A program made the position numbers and the translations under genes. Below are positions 58,641-64,000 of a stretch of 64,000 nt of DNA, piece by piece (position 1 is the first letter of the stretch; every line of letters starts with the position of its first letter). The stretch comes from Nemertoderma westbladi. Its lineage: Eukaryota > Animalia > Xenacoelomorpha. The DNA is taken from the NCBI GenBank assembly GCA_032718475.1, contig JAUCBJ010000168.1, positions 1-64,000 on the forward strand, read 5' to 3'. Below the pieces are notes generated by a model. It had not been told where the DNA came from. It worked only from the letters and a program-made list of their open reading frames with translations, and did no database searches.

Positions 58641-58967
58641 CCAATAATACGTGGAAATTAAGTTTGAATAAATCCGTGTCGACATCGGGTTCCACCAGTA
58701 CAAAGCTTTACTGCGAACAAGGGGTTGTGAAAATGTGAAAAGTCTAATTTTCAAGACAAGTTTAATTCCTTCGAATACATGTATGGAAGGGAATTGAATA
58801 AAAATTAAGAAATGATGTAAAATAATAATAAAAATAACCTTCTTTCACAAGCAAGGATAAAGATAATCTTTTATTTAATGTATCAATGTGTGCTCAACAG
58901 AGTGAATATATGAAGAGCACAATCCATCGATATCAATTCATGCAAATCCCGCAACAAGTGGGAAATG

Positions 58968-59954
58968 CTATAATTAAAGGTACTGCCTTACATCCCATTA
59001 ATTAAAGGTACCGCCTTACACACCCCCCTTAATTAAAGGCACTGACTTACACCCCGCTAATTAAATGCACTGCCTTACACCCCCATTAGTTAAAGGCACT
59101 GACTTACGCCCCCATTAGTTAAAGGCACTGCCTTACACCCCCATTAATTAAAGGCACTGCCTTACACCCCCATTAATTAAAGGCATTGCCTTACACCTCC
59201 ATTAATTAAAGGCACTGCCTTACACCCCCATTAGTTAAAGGCACTGCCTTACACCCCCATTAGTTAAAGGCACTGACTTACACCCCCACTAATTAAAGGC
59301 ACTGCCTTACACCCCATTAATTAAAGGCACTGCCTTACACCCCATTAATTAAATGCACTGCCTTACACCTCCATTAATTAAAGGCACTGCCTTACACCCC
59401 CATTAGTTGAAGGCACTGACTTACACCCCCACTAATTAAAGGCACTGCCTTACACCCCCATTAATTAAAGGCACTGCCTTACACCCCCATTAATTAAAGG
59501 CACTGCCTTACACCCCCATTAATTAAAGGCATTGCCTTACACCTCCATTAATTAAAGGCACTGCCTTACACCCCCATTAGTTAAAGGCACTGCCTTACAC
59601 CGCCATTAATTAAAGGCACTGCCTTACACCCCCATTAATTAAAGGCACTGCCTTACACCCCCATTAAGTACCGGTAAAGGCATTGCCTTACACCTCCATT
59701 AATTAAAGGCACTGACTTACACCCCCACTAATTAAAGGCACTGCCTTACACCCCCATTAATTAAAGGCACTGCCTTACACCCCCATTAATTAAAGGCACT
59801 GACTTACACTCCCACTAATTAAAGGCACTGCCTTACACCCCCATTAATTAAAGGCACTGCCTTACACCCCCATTAATTAAAGGTACTGCCTTACACCCCC
59901 CTTAATTAAAGGCACTGCCTTACACCCCAACTCATTAAAGGCACTGCCTTACAC
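58968..59954. repeat. 30-bp minisatellite (TTAATTAAAGGCACTGCCTTACACCCCCAT)n, resuming at 62298-62510
   Basis: Directly visible array split by the L2 insertion. Confidence 0.95.
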
Positions 59955-62297
59955 GGCAGGTCCTGCGGGTCGGAATCTGGTAACTGTTACTCCAGCAGGT
60001 TCGAATATGGTAACTGTTACTCCAGCGGGTCTGTATATGGTAACCGTTACTCCAGCGGATCCGAATCCGGTAACCGTTACTCCAGCGGGTCCAAATCCAG
60101 TAACTGCTACTCCAGCGGATCCGAATCCGGTAATGGTTACTCCGGCAGCAGCTCTAACTGAATCTCCAAACAATTCCTTCCGAATATTTGATGACCTGTC
60201 CACAGCTGATACTGAAACTCTAATAAACAACTCGAAATCGAAATCTAGTCCGTGTGACCCGATGCCAACGCGTTTAGTTAAATTATCCATCAAGTTACTT
60301 CTACCCATTATCACAATAATTATTAATTTGTCACTTTCAACTTCTACAGTTCCAGAACTTTTCAAAGAAGCGGTATTATCGCCGGTACTGAAGAAGCTGC
60401 GTCTGGACCCGGAAGTTTTTAAGAACTTTATACCAGTCTCACATCTCATATACATAGCCAAGTTAACTGAGAAGGCCGTAGCTATACAGCTAATGAAACA
60501 TATGGATATGAACTCTCTAAATGAGCCAATGCAAAGTGCATATCGACCATTACATAGTACTGAAACTGCATTACTGTCGGTTACTGATAATGTACTACGA
60601 AGTATCGATAGCGGGTCAGCTGTGCTACTTATACTATTGGATCTAAGCGCGGCCTTTGATACGGTGGAACACAGTATCTTACTGAATATTCTAGAACATG
60701 ATATTGGGGTAAAAGATAATGCACTGCAATGGTTTCGTTCATACCTTTCAGGACGTAAACAACAGGTACTTATTGGTGACGCGTACTCGAAATTCAAAGA
60801 CCTGAAGTATGGCTTACCTCAAGGTTCCGTTTTAGGACCCTTACTTTTCACAATATATACTCGCTCCCTGTCGTCTGTCATATTAAAGCATGGTTTAACA
60901 TATCACTTATATGCCGATGACACTCAAATATATATTGCATTTGAACCAACACATCTGGGTGCGGCAGTAGAAGTTACCGAGGAATGTTTACGTGACATAC
61001 AGAGCTGGATGAATACAAATCTACTCAAGATGAATACGGACAAGACAGAATGTTTATTGTTGCAATCACGGTTTGGATGTCAGATAGACCCGCGCCTTGT
61101 CTACAAATAGGCAACAATAGAGTAAAATGTAGCAGTGACGCCCGTGACATTGGCTTCTACATAGACGCTCATTTGTCTTTTAGTAAACAGATTGCCATCA
61201 CTGTGCGAGATTCCTTCTTCCACCTTCGGAACCTGTCCAAAATCAGAAAATGTTTACAGAAGGACACTCTAGAAACTCTTATACATGCCTTGGTAACAAG
61301 CAAGCTAGACTGCAACAATTCGCTATATTATGGTCTGCCGAATAATCTCATTAAGAAGCTACAATATGTACAAAACTCAGCCGCGCGTCTTCTACTGGGT
61401 GTCCGAAAGCGGGAACATATTACACCTGTCCTTAAAAGCCTACATTGGATTCCTGTTCGTCGCCGTATTGATTTCAAAATAGCGTTGTTGACTTACAAAT
61501 GTTTGAACGGCATGGCACCTCAATATCTCAGGGACCTATTGACACCATATGTTCCGCATCGCGAGTTACGCTGCAGTGATAAGATGTTGCTCGTCGTACC
61601 AAGATTTCGTCTCTCAAATTATGGAAAACGCGCTTTTTCCGTTGCTGCACCACAGGTTTGGAACTCTCTGCCGATGAATGTCCGTAGCGCACCTGGAGTT
61701 GACTCATTCAAATCTCGCCTGAAAACTTTCCTTTTCAAGGAAGAATATGAATAACTATAAATGCACTTTTTTACGTTTTTTGACGTGTGTTAATTTTTGT
61801 TGTGCCAATTATGATGTTTTTAAAATATGCCGTTTTTTAGACAATTTTAAATCACATTATTTTATTTCTCGCTATACGATTTCGCATTTACCTTTTAACC
61901 TGTGTCAATTTATGTAATTTTACACACATTTTAATATGCCGGTTAGCAGATTTTAATATATTTTAAACTGATTTACCAAAATTTTAACTGATTGTAGGGG
62001 AGAGTAGGAGTTTTTCTATTATGTAATAACTGATCGCAAATATCGCCGAGTCTATACTATATTACCGACCAACAATATATCATATCTTCGTAATAAGTTA
62101 CTTATTGGTGCCACCGTTTAGTTTGAAGGTTTGTTTTTAGTATCATTTATGTATACCTTCTCTATGTATACTCTTCTTCATTTATGTATTCGTGTATACC
62201 TTAATGACTTTCATATCGTTATTGCTGGCGCCTTGCAAGTATATTTTTATTCTTAAAGGAGCGATATAAATATATATTATTATTATTATTATTATTT
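59955..62297 (+). mobile_element. 5'-truncated L2-clade LINE
   Basis: Candidate TSD TTACAC at 59949-59954 and 62298-62303, with a (TAT)n tail. RT is in ORFs 60007-61110 and 61050-61754. Confidence 0.9.
60007..61754 (+). pseudogene. L2 reverse transcriptase with one frameshift near 61090
   Basis: QSAYRPLHSTETAL, LLDLSAAFDTV, GLPQGSVLGPLLF, LYADDTQ, then LHWIPVRRRIDFK...RAFSVAAPQVWNSLP. Confidence 0.9.
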
Positions 62298-62613
62298 TTA
62301 CACCCCAACTCATTAAAGGCACTGCCTTACACCCCAACTCATTAAAGGCACTGCCTTACACCCCAACTCATTAAAGGCACTGCCTTACACCCCAACTCAT
62401 TAAAGGCACTGCCTTACACCCCAACTTATTAAAGGCACTGCCTTACACCCCAACTCATTAAAGGCACTGCCTTACACCCCCATTAATTAAAGGCACTGCC
62501 TTACACACTCCCATGATTGATAAAGAAAGAACCAAAGTTATTGATCGTATCTAATTCACTATGTTACCGTTGCAGCTGGTGAATTCTACTAACCACTTTA
62601 TTCGTTCTTTTAA

Positions 62614-63816
62614 CACTTTGACTGTCCACTTTATATGTATGGAATCTCCAAAATTGTCCCGCTAATATTTATAAATTATGGGGATTTCATTCACTTTGAG
62701 TGCTATAAACCCATAAAATAGGTTGTGTTTATGTGTCAAAAAAAAATTCAATCGTGACGCATATATGCGTCACTGACAACCTACAAATGGCAGTTCACCA
62801 AAATGAGTCAGTGACGCAAATATGCGCCATTCCAGAGTGTGCATTCCAGTAGTGCAGGATTAAATTCGAGTAAAGGCTGTAGAAATTCCACATTGCAGGG
62901 TGTCTGGTGTGTCTGATGGATGGTGCAGGGTGGAGGCAAGGTTGGTCTGTCTGTAGGGTGGTGCTGTGTGGAGGCAAGGTTGGTGTGTCTGCAGGGTGGT
63001 GCTGGGTGGAGGCAAGGATGGTGTGTCTGAATGGTAGTGCTGAGTGGAGGTAAGGTTGGTCTGTCTGCAGGGTGGTGCTGAGTTAAGGCTAGGTTGGTGT
63101 GTCTGCAGGGTGGTGCTGGGTGGAGGAATGGTTGGTGTGTCAGCAGGGTGGTGCTGGGTGGAGGCGAGGTTGGTGTGTCTGCAGGATGGTGCTGGTTGGA
63201 GGCAAGGTTGTTGTGTTTGTATGGTGGTGCTGGGTGGAGGCAAGGTTGATGTGTCTGCAGGGTGGTGCTGGGTGGAGGTATGGTTTGAGTGTCTGAAGGG
63301 TGGTGCTGGGTTGAGGCAAGGTGAGTGTGTCTGTGCAATGCCAGAGGTAAAATGGAAACCAGGCTTCTATGTGGTGAGTAAGAAAGTATTGGGTAGTTAT
63401 GGAGTGTACTCCCTTGGGAGTTAGTGCGGCGACATCCCTGTTTACATGTAATAGCCAAGAGAGAAGAGCCTTTGGGTTCTGCCTGGTGTTTTCTGTTTCA
63501 CACTCACCAAAACTTTATTAGAGATTTCATATTCTGGCACAATTACAAAGCTATCTAGTTGCCTCCAAATCCTGAATCTCAGTATATTTTTTATATTTTT
63601 TAAGACATTGTGCAGTGGTCATATGACGCATATATGCGTTATGGATAAATTCACAAAATGAGTTTGGGATCTGTTCACAAGGTGGCACACGAAATTTTAA
63701 CAAATCACCTACCATTTCCTATGCATCACAGTTTGAATCAATGACGGATATATGCGTCATGACACAATCTATTGTCTACCATTTGACGCACCGGTGTGTC
63801 AAAGACAGTCAAAGTG
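62614..63816. mobile_element. piggyBac-type non-autonomous element (MITE)
   Basis: 13-bp perfect TIRs CACTTTGACTGTC (62614-62626 and 63804-63816), flanked by TTAA on both sides. Subterminal TGACGCATATATGCGTCA palindromes. Confidence 0.85.
62895..63335. repeat. 38-bp G-rich minisatellite inside the piggyBac MITE
   Basis: Unit approximately GCAGGGTGGTGCTGGGTGGAGGCAAGGTTGGTGTGTCT, about 11 copies. Confidence 0.9.
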
Positions 63817-64000
63817 TTAATATAAATGATTACCTTTAGAAAATCGAATTGTTCTGAACGTTGTCTCTCAATCTAATTAAATATGATCCACCCCGTCCCT
63901 AATTTATTGTTAGGTAATTTATTTCTACAAATCAAGAATCATATCAATCAGTTATACTAATAATATCTTGGTGAGTACCCTAAATAATTATTCGTTACAC

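Overview
This is eukaryotic, probably invertebrate, repeat-dense DNA made almost entirely of transposable elements and satellites. I found no host gene I can support. Non-LTR content: a full-length but frameshifted CRE-clade RT+RLE element with a ~1.5 kb RVSP[GS]-coding repeat (3112-8647, minus), an RTE element (~10564-13615), RTE-X-like and L2 LINEs, and fragments. A 28-bp satellite is split by a 35.4 kb nest of BEL/Pao LTR elements. Non-autonomous element A (16327-51724, minus) contains its relative B (18211-25041, plus), a ~5.4 kb tandem duplication, and a young intact element C (25517-41399; 2249-bp LTRs, 2961-aa polyprotein). Two MITEs lie near the right end. Top finding: none of the three BEL elements has a tRNA-type PBS. 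In each, the 10-11 nt after the 5' LTR are complementary to the loop and 3' arm of a hairpin inside its own LTR, and the pairing covaries between subfamilies, which suggests tRNA-independent self-priming. Second finding: a 20-nt hairpin occurs nine times across element C, in all three reading frames and in non-coding sequence.
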